The translations under genes were made by a program, and so were the position numbers. A DNA stretch of 55,005 nucleotides, filler included, from Bipalium vagum (taxonomy: Eukaryota): the NCBI GenBank assembly GCA_037834085.1. It is 3 parts of 3 records of this genome, joined end to end, with 100 filler letters (N's around TTAATTAATTAA, not from the genome) between each part and the next. Parts side by side here need not be neighbours in the genome. Positions count along the whole stretch, not along the records: positions 39,244 to 55,005 come from JBBMKC010146991.1; 2 more parts are not named here. One strand, 5' to 3'. The notes beneath the pieces are model-generated. The model was not told the origin of the DNA. It saw only the letters and a list, made by a program, of their open reading frames with translations, and made no database searches. Below are positions 39,144 to 51,900 of the stretch, in pieces (the stretch's first letter is position 1; each line of letters starts with the position of its first letter).

Positions 39144-39243
39144 NNNNNNNNNNNNNNNNNNNNNNNNNNNNNNNNNNNNNNNNNNNNTTAATTAATTAAN
39201 NNNNNNNNNNNNNNNNNNNNNNNNNNNNNNNNNNNNNNNNNNN
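39144..39243. other. Assembly join: 44 N + TTAATTAATTAA + 44 N
   Basis: Same 100-nt construct as 19165-19264. Confidence 0.95.
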
Positions 39244-39449
39244 AAATAAATAAAATTACACAAATTATATATTATTTTTTATACAACAACTGAATCACTA
39301 AATGATCACCAAAATGTTTAAAATCACTAATGTTAATGTTTTGAGGATTTGGATTGTTTTGGAATCGAATTTGTTGGGGGATTTGATTGAATTTGTTTTG
39401 GAATCGAAGGTAGGAGTCTCCACAATTAAATAAAAAAAATTTTCATATA

Positions 39450-40489
39450 CAAAAAGATAAACAATATTGGAAACACGTAATTTTTTTATGTATCACTATT
39501 TATACACAATTCTCATAAAAAAACGAATTTTACTTGACTTGGAATAGATTCGTACATTTGTTAAATGGTGTTAAGGGGAATGTTTCGACATTCTTCACGT
39601 ATAAAAGCCGAGCCGATAGTTGCTCATGAAAAGAGGGAGGAGAATCTTTTTCTGATTCCAGTTTCCACAACGGACGAAAATGGAAATAATACAATCCAGA
39701 TTGATGATTTTCAAAACAATGTGTGAAAGGGAAAATTCTCATCTTGAAATATTTTCACTGGTAGGAAATAAATCCTTTTTCATAGAAAGAAAATAAAATG
39801 TCAAAAGAATATCTCTGCAATAATATAACCTACCAGGAAAAGCTTGGTTCCAGCAAAATTATTGCCGTCCTGACCATCACAAGTCCTTATTCACACTTGT
39901 TAGTTGGAAAGGCAAAATCAAAACAGTAAGTTTCATGTGACTTCTTAAAACTTAAAATCCCCCTATAGTATGAAATAAAGTGAAGAGGATTTATCTGATC
40001 CTATCTTCGTCTTCTTCGTATTCAGAAAGTAGTGATTTACGTGTAACCACGAGACTGTAGCTGTTTAACTTGTGAAACTCTTGTTTAACTGCTTTTGAAA
40101 TAAGGAGAATATTTAAATAGACATTGAGTTCTGTTCCAACAATCTTCTTCAAAGTTCGTTGATTTTTTCCTTTAGTATACAGTTACGACCACGGTTTGAC
40201 TTAGCCAATGATGTCTTCCTTAACGTTATGTATGTGACAATAATCTTTGATAATTCAACTTTCTACACACATAACATATTAGACATCCCAGAAAAAAAAC
40301 CTTTTATTTAAAAATCTCAAAGCAAAAAAATCGAAAATTATGTTCAAATACATTATTATACATCTGCAATATAGTCAGATAAAATAAAATTCAATTAACC
40401 AATATTCATCAATATATTGTACATGAATGCAGAAAATTAAAATGCCATTAATATTATTATTGAGTGTTTTCATTATTTTGTCCTCGCGG
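39450..40489 (-). mobile_element. Decayed Tc1-like element
   Basis: TSLAKSNRGR, RTLKKIV, IFQDENFPFHT, EECRNIPLNTI.QMYESIP. Degenerate TA-flanked TIRs sharing ACAA.AT..T(G)GAAACAC-like sequence at ~39450-39476 and ~40463-40489. Confidence 0.8.
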
Positions 40490-40935
40490 TATATATATAA
40501 TTTGATCTCTTACAACTAAAATTGTTTTAATATTCAAAAGATCTGTCACAATTAAAATACAAAATCATTTTTAAAAAAACATTTATTTATATTTAAATAA
40601 ATTAAACATTAAATTTTTTAATATTAAATTCATTAAAAATTTGTTTTAAAACTAAAATAACAATTTTTTTCCTACACTATATATTATAAAAATAATCAAC
40701 ACTGGTAGCTTTTCTTGAAAAATTTTTGATCTCCTAAAAAAACTTTTATTTACTTAATAAATTAAAATCTAAATTATTTTTCTTTTTGATCAAACGATTA
40801 ATGGAACATTTAATAAACTTTAAGTTCATTCACAAACCTTCACAATCATTTCTTCATTTAAAATCGACTTGGTAATTAGACGAATAATAATCCGTAGAAT
40901 CATTTTATTTATATTATATAAACATTTAATGTGAA

Positions 40936-41293
40936 TAAACCATCTTTGGAACGTTTTTCTTTAAATAGTTAAATTTGATGCAATTTAAAATTTAGATTCT
41001 TTAAAAATATATTACTCGTACGAAAATGTTCGTAAATATACAAAATTTATGAAAATAAATTCNNNNNNNNNNNNNNNNNNNNNNNNNNNNNNNNNNNNNN
41101 NNNNNNNNNNNNNNNNNNNNNNNNNNNNNNNNNNNNNNNNNNNNNNNNNNNNNNNNNNNNNNNNNNNNNNNNNNNNNNNNNNNNNNNNNNNNNNNNAAAA
41201 TTTATAAAAATAAATTCATGAAGTTAAAAAAGTTGAATTAAAAAATTTATCAAATTAAAATATTTAAACAAAACCGTTCCAAAGATGGTTTTA
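40936..41293. mobile_element. Foldback/MITE-like element whose centre is the N gap (41063-41196)
   Basis: AAACCATCTTTGGAACG..TTT.TTTAAATA.TT.AATTTGAT on the left is inverted at ~41245-41292. AAAATTTAT(G/A)AAAATAAATTC occurs on both sides of the gap. Confidence 0.7.
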
Positions 41294-42539
41294 AACGACA
41301 TTTAAAGAATGCATGAGAAACGTAATACCGAAAAATGAACAACAGTTTTAATCAGTATTGAAAAAAAAAGTTTTTTTTTGTTTTAATAATGACTCCAGTC
41401 CAAATCACAATGAAATTCAACATCGCCATCGCGTTAATGAGTCGCATTTAATAGAGAAATATGTCAATAAATTAAACAAAAAACCAAATGTTAATAAAAT
41501 AATAAAATACATCTTTTTTCTAATTAGTTAATTGCAACTTAAACATTGGCGAACAATTTAGAAAAATGAAGAAAGTGTTCGTTCGATTGTCGATAATAAT
41601 TATTAAATGGATCGATATTTATGTGAAAATAATGATAATTATTCCCATAAATATCACTTAATTGAAACAAATAAACCCGAATAAATTTTGCAATTTATTC
41701 CAAGAATCTATTTTCTGCATCTCTGCTGTATTTTAATTATATATTTAATGGAATTTCCACAGAGGCTTCTTGGACCGTTTATTTGACGAGAGAAATCTTT
41801 TCCAGCGAAGGTTTGGTAGGAAAATATCGCAATAATCACATTTGACCACTGATAACAAAAATCAATTTAATTAATCGTAATTTATTTTTGTTTATATTTA
41901 CGAAGAAATTACCCGGAATATGGATATATACGGGTCTGGTGAATTTGAAATAATATTAAAAAATATTTTAAAAAATATTAAAAATAACGGGAATAATGTT
42001 GGAGAACCGAAGGGAGGAAACGTTTGGATTGAATAATTTTTCCGCACTGATATTGATCATTGAAAGTAGTTAATTTCATCAAAGTTCCAAGTAGTAGATC
42101 CGACTGTCTAGTAGAGCAAAACCTTTGAAGATGTTTTGTATCGTTTTCTTTTTAAGGAATTGTCGTGCACGTGTCAAAATATTTATTAAGGTTGAAATTG
42201 GTGGGTGAAAAGTTCGATGGTTATGTTACATGGTTCATTAGTTTAAAACCATTATCCAATTTTGTCCAGTTGATCCTTGCAGCGAGAGGTAGAACGTTGT
42301 TGTTAAAGAAAGTTCAAGGCCCACGATGAAATGTTTATATAAATCGGTACAAATGTTATGTTGCTAATAAAAAATCATGATTAAATCACTGTTTTAAGCG
42401 AAAATAACAAAACCAATACAATGTCTAAAGATATTTGATTCCATCATTTAGTAAAGGAACATTAGTATTCGTGATAAGCTTACATTTATAAATTAATTTA
42501 AATCAATGCTAACATAATATATTATTAAAATTATTATTA

Positions 42540-43372
42540 TTATCAATCCTCTTAAATAACACGCCTCGCCTTTTGAACCGAAAAAATTATTGAAATGCAT
42601 TTTCAACATTCTCCAATACCGGGTATGATTTTTAAACATATTAAAATAATGTTTATTCAAGGTCTGTGTTTTCATAATATCAACGATATCTATTCATTGA
42701 TTTTCACCCGAAATTCTGATGGAGCAATATCAAGACTAGACGGTGGATGTAACAGAACTTTCCAGCCAAGTTTCTCGAATTTTCATTGCGACAACAAGTG
42801 ACACGTTATAATGTTGTAGAATTGTATCTTTCCTGAACTTGCATTTATGATATCTTTTTTTGAACAGGTGAATTGCACAAAAGATATATTTGCGATACAG
42901 TTTTCACTTTTAGGACCTCTTTTCACGGATATATATGCACAACATGTACATTTTCACATTGATATTGAACACCCCATTACAATAGTCGATGATATTTCAT
43001 CATATAAACATTAACCTCGGGCAGCACTATTGCACGTAATCTATTTCTCATCACAAGTTATCAGCTGATCGATAAAATTTCATGTTAGGTCTTATGAAAT
43101 GGACGAAATAAATATCGAGACGATTCGAACAAATACAACATTCAGAGGAATCAATAAAACGAATTTGTTAATTTATTTTAGGCTTGGTGTGATTTTCGAT
43201 TGTTATGTGAGATAATCAACATTTTCTGCTGCAGTCGCCAACGAATTTTGTGTCAGCGCTGTCTGCAAAACATTTTCTTCAAAACATTTCAAACACTCAG
43301 AATGTGACGTCTTTCGATATCAGATATTCATTTTGAAAACGAATAAAGCAACGGTGAACTTTACGAACCTAA
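42540..43372 (-). mobile_element. Decayed, rearranged mariner
   Basis: KLGWKVLLHPPSSLDIAPSEF, QLITCDEK, NNFFGSKGEACYLRG; TIR-like TTAGGTTCGTAAAGTT near 43372. Confidence 0.8.
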
Positions 43373-44169
43373 CTTTTGTCATATATTTTACTTATATAAA
43401 ATAATAAAAATAGGATACAATAAACGTGAAATGTGTAATTATTTAAATTCTGTTTGGCCCCGTTTTGCCTAAATATACTGTGTAGAATTTTAAGGTCATG
43501 AATATAAATTCGTTAATTTTCAGAAATTAAATATATTTTAATCTCACAAAAATTGTAAAAACCTATTCCTTTGGTCCCTTGCTAATAAATTGTTTAAATA
43601 AAAATTAAAACTTAATATCATAATATAAAAAATTAATTTTATTTCACCTTTAAAATAATTATAATTAGTCCGTTAAAACAAAACCGGATCAAGATGAATT
43701 TAATTCTTTGGTAATTTAAGTGACGTGCTATTTACGTGATTTATATAAGCATCGAATTTTTTATTAATATTATTGTGAAGATTAAAAATTATTCAACTTC
43801 TAATTGGTTACTTGGCAATAATAAATATATTTAACATCTTTATTTTTAAAATATCAACAAATGAAATTAATAAAATAAAAATAATTGATAGCCTTTTATC
43901 ATATACCATTTTAATAAAACATTATTGTTGTCTATCAATTATTTACATCTGCTGATGATTCTGTTACAATTTATCAAATATAATTAATTTTTTATTCATA
44001 AATTGAAGGAGTATTGTGGAAGCCCTTAATCGACAGAATCAAAGGGAATATCATCTAATAAATTGTGTTCTGAAAAACAGAATATTTCCCAGATGTTCAT
44101 AAAATTATATGAAACAAGTCACTTCTGAAAAACGTTTTTTATTACAGTTATTAATATTAATATAATAGT

Positions 44170-44245
44170 AAAATATTAATATTTATAAAATATTTTATAA
44201 AATATTAATATTTATAAAATATTTTATAAAATATTAATATTTATA
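44170..44245. repeat. AT-only tandem repeat (~29-bp unit)
   Basis: AAATATTAATATTTATAAAATATTTTATA repeated about 2.5 times. Confidence 0.75.
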
Positions 44246-44999
44246 AAATATTTTATAAAATATCAATTTTAACACGTATTAATTTTTCTAATTAAAAATT
44301 TTTTACTACTACTACTAATATTATTATTATTATTTTATAATATAAATAAAAAAAATATAAAATATCCACAATGCTTCTCACTAAAAATCTCTGATGCAGT
44401 AAACAAAAGAATGATTTGGCAAATTATATTATTAAATATCAAATGGTTTCAATTTTCTTTTTTTATTTATAAGTATTGAAAAGACCTTGACTGTTTTTCT
44501 AAACGAAATAGTTTTCATCTTTATAATATTAAAAAAACAATAATAATAAACATAATGATAAAACAAGTTTAATAATATTAATAATAATAATAATAGAAAT
44601 AATAAAAATATTGATTGAAAGAATAGCGTAATAAATATTTTGGTTGAAAATTTCACGCCAGCGCGAGCTATTGGAAATGTTATAACATGATTTCAAAGGT
44701 ACGCTTATTGTTGTTTCTCAAGGATACCCAGCTTCCGTAGAGCTCGATCAATCACAAATGTGGAATTAATTATTTAATTGATTTTCTCTTTGGTAATATT
44801 GATTAATATTTTAAAAAATTCATTTTTTCATTTTTAATACCGTTTATTCGCTTTCTTTATTATTAGGAATTAATATATTGGTTATATTTTTCAATGATAT
44901 TGTTACGATCACTACTAACATTATCATGTTAATATTTTATTTGAACAGTTTCATATTTTGAATGGTACGGGTTTTCGTACTGTACACTATATCTTGATA

Positions 45000-46226
45000 T
45001 TGGATTGGATACTAAGTTCTGTCCACAAAACATTTATTAGATAAAATATTATACAATATCAGAAAACTTTCAGTAACATAGATAATGTTACAAGTGGTTA
45101 CATAAGTCATAGTAGGGATGCTTCTCTAAAAAATCTCCATCACGTTAACACATTGGTGTCATCTAGATGGTAATAGTCAAAAGCTGCTTGAAAGAATTTT
45201 TATCTTTTGAATTTATCCATTGCATGGCATTCAACTTTATCTTTAAAATAATTTTAAACTTTATATCTCAGAGAATTTGTTAGTGGGGAGAACAAATAAA
45301 AATCAGATGTTGATAGGTCTGATGGGTAATTGAGGACGAGGAATTGCAGTTAAGCAAGCTGCTAAAATTCTTAAGAGAGACATTTGGGCTACCTGTGACT
45401 TCGCATTATTTTGCCAAAAGTAAAGATGTCGGTTGTTACCAAATAATCTTCTTTTCCTTGTTTGAATATCCTATCTAAGTTGTTCTAGCTGTTCACAGAA
45501 AGCATCAGATTTTAAGGTTTGGTTGGGTGGTAGAACTTGTGTACAAATTACATCTTTTGAATTCAAAAAGCGCTTAAAAGTTTCTTTCTGGATGTCCATC
45601 TTTGCAATAAACAAACAAGAGTAGAATCTCTTCTTTCCCCCCAGCTTCTATTTTGATAAGATTTCTTAGCTTCCCAGTATAATCATGTTTATCGACAGTA
45701 ATTAATATTAGAGAACAATTATTTTCTTCAAAGATGTTTAACAGATCACCACATGTCCTTTCTCTGACAACCTTGTGTTCATTGGTAAGTTCGTGAGAAA
45801 CCCGCGCGTTTTTCATGCTATCATTCCAATCAATTGATGGACGTCCTTCACGAGGTTTACCTTAAACTGAATAAGTGTAAATCTTACTACCAATCTTCTG
45901 CGTGTTCTTTCATTAACCATTTCACATTCAAGAAGTGATAAACCCAAAAGAATTCATATTGTCTTTCCGATAAAAATTAATCAAGTTTCGTAAATATTCT
46001 TTGGTAAATTCCATTACTGCAATAAAAATATTATAAATTTCAACAATAAAAATCAAGGCAAAATAATTGATTTCAAATTTAGTAATCAATTCAATTACTG
46101 GATAATGAAATTATACTCATTTCCAGGCAGAACTTGTAACATCCTTTATCTGGCATTAAGTTTTCTGATGTGTATAATATTTTATCTAATAAATGTTTTG
46201 CCGACAGAACTGAATTTCCAATCCTA
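45000..46226 (-). mobile_element. Decayed mariner with unusually long (~68 bp) TIRs
   Basis: GGATTGGA.A.T.AGTTCTGTC..CAAAACATTTATTAGATAAAATATTATACA..ATCAGAAAACTT at 45002-45069 is inverted at 46158-46224. Motifs ARVSHELT, LITVDK, QNNAK and a YSPD-like SDFYLF region. Confidence 0.88.
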
Positions 46227-46479
46227 GATCTATAATTTAATAAAAATATTTATATTTAAACTATCTTTAGATTTCCTTATAAGGAAAAGCCTTTCTATCA
46301 AGATTTTTTCCTAACAAAGCATTTTTATAGAACCGTTGGAATGCTTGTAAAAGATAATAAAAAGAATTTTATCTCTAAATAAATAAGAGAAGCAGACTAT
46401 TCAGTAAATTTCTAAAAAAGAATTAATAATAATTAATATTTAACCATTTAAGTTCGTTATGAACTGTTGTTATATAAGA

Positions 46480-47050
46480 TATTCACTGAAACATTATCCC
46501 AGGCCGTGTCAGGTGAAATGAAAATATCTGTGATTAAAGCAACTAATCTCCTGACGCCCTAATTATGGTAAAATCCCCTTTTTCTCATAAACTCTTGAGA
46601 AAATTCTGTTAATGTCTCTATTCTCAGCATTTCGCAGACTGAATAAACTTTTAAAGGCACTGGTACAGTCAACTGGCGTAAAAATGATAATTGCTTCATC
46701 CCTCAGAGCTCAAATTTCGATTTCTTCATCGTTCCGATATTATAAAGAAATAATTCTGATCAGAAAATAAATGATGATCAAAATAATGATTCGTTAGCAT
46801 TTGGTCAGAATTTTTTGAAAGAAAAACATCTGTCCGTCATTATTTATGTAAATAGCTAACCGACCAGGGGTAAGAAATAATGGAAATCTGTTTGATTTCA
46901 GAATTCCACTGACTTAACTTAAGGGTTTGGAATAAGCCATATTCTGAAATTCCAGTTACAACTTGATTTTATCAGACTTATCCTTTCGTACCATTTGGGA
47001 TTCTTCGCGAATTCCACCCCTGTACCATTCTTGTAATAACAAACTATCAA
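46480..47050 (-). mobile_element. Possible MULE (Mutator-like) transposase remnant
   Basis: YRNDEEIEI*ALRDEAIIIFTPVDCTSAFKSL...EISCFN weakly resembles the MULE C-terminal Y..DE.F...L.AL.F.P...V..AF motif; multiple stops. Confidence 0.4.
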
Positions 47051-47484
47051 AACATACAATGTGAAAATTATTTTTTTAGTGAAAAATAATATAATAATAA
47101 TATTTTTAAGGGAATTTGATTGAATATTTGGGGAATAAAGTCTTAAAATACTCATTAAGTCTTTACATACTCATTTATTAATTGAATACCGTAAAATTTG
47201 AATCCAGACTCGTCCAAATTGAACCATTTTACTTGTAAAAACTGTTACACAGAAAAAAAAGAACAGACGTTTTTTCTTTGCTGCAATTTCCGGACTATAT
47301 TATAACTAAATTTTAAACACCAGCGTTTTATTTAAAAATGTTTTAAGGAATTTTTTCAATTTTCAGAAATATTTCAAATGCGCTGTTTTAGAAAAAACCT
47401 ATACAAAATAGATTTTATTTAATTGCGTTTTATAATCCGTAGCGCCTTATGTATTAACTTATTTTACCTGAAATATTGCACTTA

Positions 47485-47735
47485 CAGTACCTGGCCATTG
47501 AAATGGACTCAAACAAAAAATATCGTTTTTTCAATTTAAATTCAATATAAAATGGTTTTTTCACGTAATTCATTTTTGATTAGAAGAATAATGATTTATT
47601 TAACCGAAAACACTAAAAAAATATTATACAGATCTATTGGACAAATATAATAGGTGGAATCACAATCAAATTAGTTCATTGAGATACCATTGTTTGTAAA
47701 ATAATATTTGAGTCTATTTCAATGGCCAGGTACTA
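47485..47735. mobile_element. 251-bp Tc1/mariner-type MITE
   Basis: 29-bp TIRs CAGTACCTGGCCATTGAAATGGACTCAAA and TAGTACCTGGCCATTGAAATAGACTCAAA (2 mismatches), TA on both flanks, non-coding interior. Confidence 0.9.
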
Positions 47736-47869
47736 TAAACCCGTGCACACAAAGGAACCAATGGCAGTGAAAATTGAATTGAGACTGTGTAACGATTTCT
47801 ATTCAGTAAATTCGTGTTTATTCAATGTTTAATTTTGCAATTAAAATAATTAAATTTTTCGAATATAAA

Positions 47870-48010
47870 CTGAATGAACAGACTTCCAGAACATTGAAAT
47901 AACCTTCCAGTTTTTCGAAATGCCAAAGATTTTACGAGATGGAAATATGAAACTAACTGAGAGATGGCAGACGACCATTGAAAACAATAATCAATTCATA
48001 AAATATAAAC
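47870..48010 (+). mobile_element. Mariner 3'-end fragment
   Basis: LRDGNMKLTERWQTTIENNNQFI matches the mariner C-terminus (FY..GI.KL.ERWQ..I...G.Y). Confidence 0.7.
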
Positions 48011-48407
48011 ATATTGATTTTATAATATTAAGAAATGATTTTTTTATTTGCAGATCGATAAAGATAATTTTTAATCAGTAAATTATTATTTTATACTATA
48101 GTACTTTCACCACCTTGATTTTTTCAGCAAAATTAAATAATAGATATAGTGAACCCTCTTTTTTCCGTACTTCCATAATCCAAAAACGTTACAGATTGAA
48201 ATTTTTTAACTCTAAAAAGTTTCCCGTGAAACTTGGTTCAATAATTCGAAAATTCCGTAACCACTTTATTATTTTATATTTTATAAATTGATAAAACATG
48301 TCAAAAAATATTTTACCAAATAATAATTTGTAGAACTAAACGATATGTTTTAAAATGAACTTGGAGTTTTATTTATTATATTAAAACGAATCCAAGGGTA
48401 AACGTAC

Positions 48408-49469
48408 CTGAGTGTAAGTAATAATCTTCAAAACGACGATTGGACAGGTCGTAATGAGAAAACAGACGGAAATGGACACTAACATCAAAGTCAGTTGAAA
48501 AGTCTGTCTTGAACCTAATGTAGAGTTTACCTTTGACTGCAAATTGCGCACTGATGTCTTCTTTTTGGTAACATTAGACGATGGACATCTCGAGGCCAAG
48601 ATGTTCCTGTTGGTTTTAGCCTTTCTCACATGAGTGACAATAAGACCATTTAAACAAAGTATAAGAAAAAACGGCAAATAGCTATACAACAAGGCATCTA
48701 TCCAATGCCAGGCTTTAGAAAATTTTTGCAGCTCCTTTGGGAATCGGCACTGAGAATAGTTTTGAATTTTTTCACTACCATCTACCGTGAAACGTTTCTC
48801 TTGTCCTGATTCTATGCGCACAGACAGCAGAAAATGTGAAGAGACAAATATACATGTCAAAGCAATAATTAGCACAACAATGATTTCTCGGAACCGGGAA
48901 TATAGTCGTATTGACGAAAAGGGAAACATAATAACAATGGCTCGCTCTGCCGTTACAGCGACAATGATCCACGCTGAAAGGTAGGACAGTGAGCATCCGA
49001 CCAGCTGCGTAAGCACGCACACCCAATGATAGGAATCTTCAATTTGATATCCTAATATCCTGTCCACCCAGTGACGCATAAGACCTGTTATCAAGATACC
49101 TTGGTCAGTGACTGCCAGAGCACTCAGATAGACATAAGAAGGCAATCCTTTTTTCGATAGAATTGCAAAAGAAATACAATTTCCAATGGAACCAAACACC
49201 AGTAGTGTTATTGGTATCAATATCCAAAGAGTTTTTTCAACTCGACATTGAACAAATTCTGATCCCGGGCTGGCATCAAGAATGGCAGCGTGAACTCGAG
49301 ACCGATAGATATTGATGATATCTTTCCAGCTGACTGTCAGATTACCCAGAACACCTTTACTCTTCAAATACAAAGTACTAATGGTCTCGTTGTTGCTTGA
49401 AAGGATGTCCAGTTGTTGTCGTAGGTAGCTGGCAGAAACCTCTTCTACTATATCGCAAACCCCTACCAT
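48408..49469 (-). CDS. Rhodopsin-class peptide GPCR (FMRFamide/sex-peptide-receptor-like), exon encoding N-terminus to TM6
   Basis: TM1 GSIGN, TM2 YLSALAVTD, TM3 C...SAWIIVAVTAERA..I.FP, ECL2 Cys, TM5 YSYLPF.LIL.LN, TM6 FLITTCP. Donor CAG|GTACGT at 48407 directly after TM6. Acceptor TTAG lies 10 nt upstream of the ATG. Confidence 0.92.
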
Positions 49470-50425
49470 TGAAAAAGAGCTAACAAGAAGAAAAGTCCGA
49501 ATTGAAAATCGACTGATACCACAGAATTTTAATTCTGAAATAATTTCCCAATCAACAGATGGAATGAAAGCTGAATACGATTCGTTGAGAGCAAAAAAAA
49601 TTTGCCTCTATAAAACAAATGAAATGAAATGAACAACAACAAAAAATATATATGATTTCAATACAGTTTTTCATCTTTCGCACTTTTTCAGTTTCACTAT
49701 TCAATAAATTAAAATCATTAAAAAAATCATTGGTTTTTTGTTTAAATAATTGATTAAAAAATAAATTCATTACAAAAATAATTTCAAAAAAATTAGAAAA
49801 ATAATTAATATTAACTTTAATAAAACGGCAATTTTGTTTCATAAAATACTTTAACTCTGTGAAAAGGTTACAAGACGAACAATTATTTTCACAACTCACG
49901 AATATTAAAACAAAAAGAACTCACTTTTCTTTATAAAAAAAAAGAAACGATTATTAATTGATTCATAAGAGGGACTCGTCATTGTTTCAGTTATTTTTGA
50001 TTTTGAAAGAAGAGCAAATGAAAAGAAACAATTTTATTAATAAGGGACAGTTTATTTTTGAAATTATTTTCTGAAACAGAAATTTTTATGTTAATCATTA
50101 AAACAAAAACTAATTTTTTGAAATAAATATGAAGTAAATGATAATTATGAAAATGAAAAGTGGAGAAAATTTTCATGGGGGATTTTATGAAAGACGAAAT
50201 TTACTTTTGGTTGATCGAAAAATAATATCCGACTTTGATATTCAACTTTAAACTCAAACAAATTAAGTCCAAAAGAGTAATTGCATTAATTAATGTAATC
50301 TGCATAACACTGTGATCATTGACAATTTGAACGCAAATGGTGGCTATGGGTTTACTTGTCGCCACATCTGTCTGTGAGTCGGAATTAAAATTATCATTAC
50401 GCTCAATAGTAATGTTTTGAAAGGT

Positions 50426-50594
50426 ATTTCAATAAAAGTGTAACATTTATTTAAAAAGTAGCAGTCGTTTCGATCCATCTTTGATTAATCTCTCTATCAA
50501 ATCTGTTGCAAACACGGAACGCTGTTACACTTGACAGGAAACACGAAATCGCGACGGCTCTGTCAGCCCTGTTAGTTCACACTTTTATTGAAAT
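50426..50594. repeat. ~170-bp inverted-repeat (MITE-like) element upstream of the GPCR
   Basis: ATTTCAATAAAAGTGT at 50426 is inverted as ACACTTTTATTGAAAT ending 50594; inner GTCGTTTCG / CGAAATCGCGAC are partly complementary. Confidence 0.55.
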
Positions 50595-51289
50595 TTACAC
50601 GAGATTATGCAATTTTTTGACATTTAGGTCTAAAAAGTTTTAATTAAGTATTCCTTTTTCCCAAAAAAGTAACACGGCAATTAAAATGGTTATTATCACT
50701 GAAATTCACTAAAATTTTATTAGCTCTCGGTCATTAATAAAAGTGGTAAATTTATTATTTTATATTATATTTAATCGATTTTTTTCGATAAATGATTGTA
50801 GAAATGTCAATAAATCAACATAATTTTTGGAAATTTAAAAATAAACAGGGACGTTTTTTCAAGCTTATTTTTCTTTATCGAACGTAATTGTATTGAAATA
50901 ATCAATATAATATCCTGAAGACTTTCAATATCTGTTGGTTTGTTGTTTAAGGATTAAAGATCAGAATACTAGAACGTATTCAGTGACCGTCCAGATTAAG
51001 GCAAGAGTGGTGAAGCTTCCATAATTCAACGACTTCGTACTTTATTATTCAGTTCGTGAATTTTGATACGAAAACGATTCTTTTCTTTATCAGAGTAATT
51101 CTTATCATAATTTGTGAGAACCAAATTCAATTTGCAAGTTTTTAAAGGAAAACGTTCAGATGAGATCGATTTGTCAAAAGGTTTAAGTTTGGATGAGTAG
51201 AGTAAGAGAAAACTGATTCTTATGTGAAGTAACAGTTGTGAAATTGGAACTTTTCAATTTTATAAGGTTGATCAAAAGGATTCCCATTG

Positions 51290-51900
51290 TTGTTAATATC
51301 TCAAGCATGAAACGAAAAAACCAATTTTTCACTATTCTGACCAGAATTGATTCATTTATTTCACGGTAGGCATCCACAATTCTTTTTCTTTAATTATAAC
51401 GAAGTGGATTGAGATCTGGACTGTGACGTGTCCAACAAATTCAATTTTCACAACCAATAAACCTTTGAGAAACTTATGACAGCTATATTCTTATGAGCAG
51501 ATTCACAGTCTAGTTGCATTACAATTTTTTCAAAGTTCTGTCTTTTAATAATTAGGCACAAAACAATTTTTATCATCAATCAGTAACCTTCTGATTTCAG
51601 AGTGTCCTAATCAAAAAAGTTTGGTCCTATTAATTTTTAAGAACACACTGGTTATTCGAATTTTGCATTTCCTGCTTTTACTGAAATGAAAGATGACCGC
51701 TTTTTCTGATAATCAAAATGAATTCTGCTTTCAAAATTTTTGATAGACACCACTGATGGTTTTGTATATGGACAGTATTGTATTTCTTTTTTCATTCTTC
51801 CATTTTTCGGTGTACCAACGTCACATAATGAGTAGTATGATATTGTAAACAAAAAATTGTTTCTTCAGTTGTCAACATTCTGAATTAGTAAATGATGTAA
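51290..51900 (-). mobile_element. Decayed Tc1/mariner-superfamily (rosa/maT-like) remnant
   Basis: WTRHSPDLNPLRY (WPPxSPDLNPLDY type) at ~51395-51437; MLTTEETIFCLQY N-terminus near 51878. Confidence 0.6.

Noticed and set aside
41690-41850. Candidate final GPCR exon after acceptor TTATCAG (minus strand)
   Set aside because: The phase-0 translation WSNVIIAIFSYQTFAGK... lacks TM7 length and motif.
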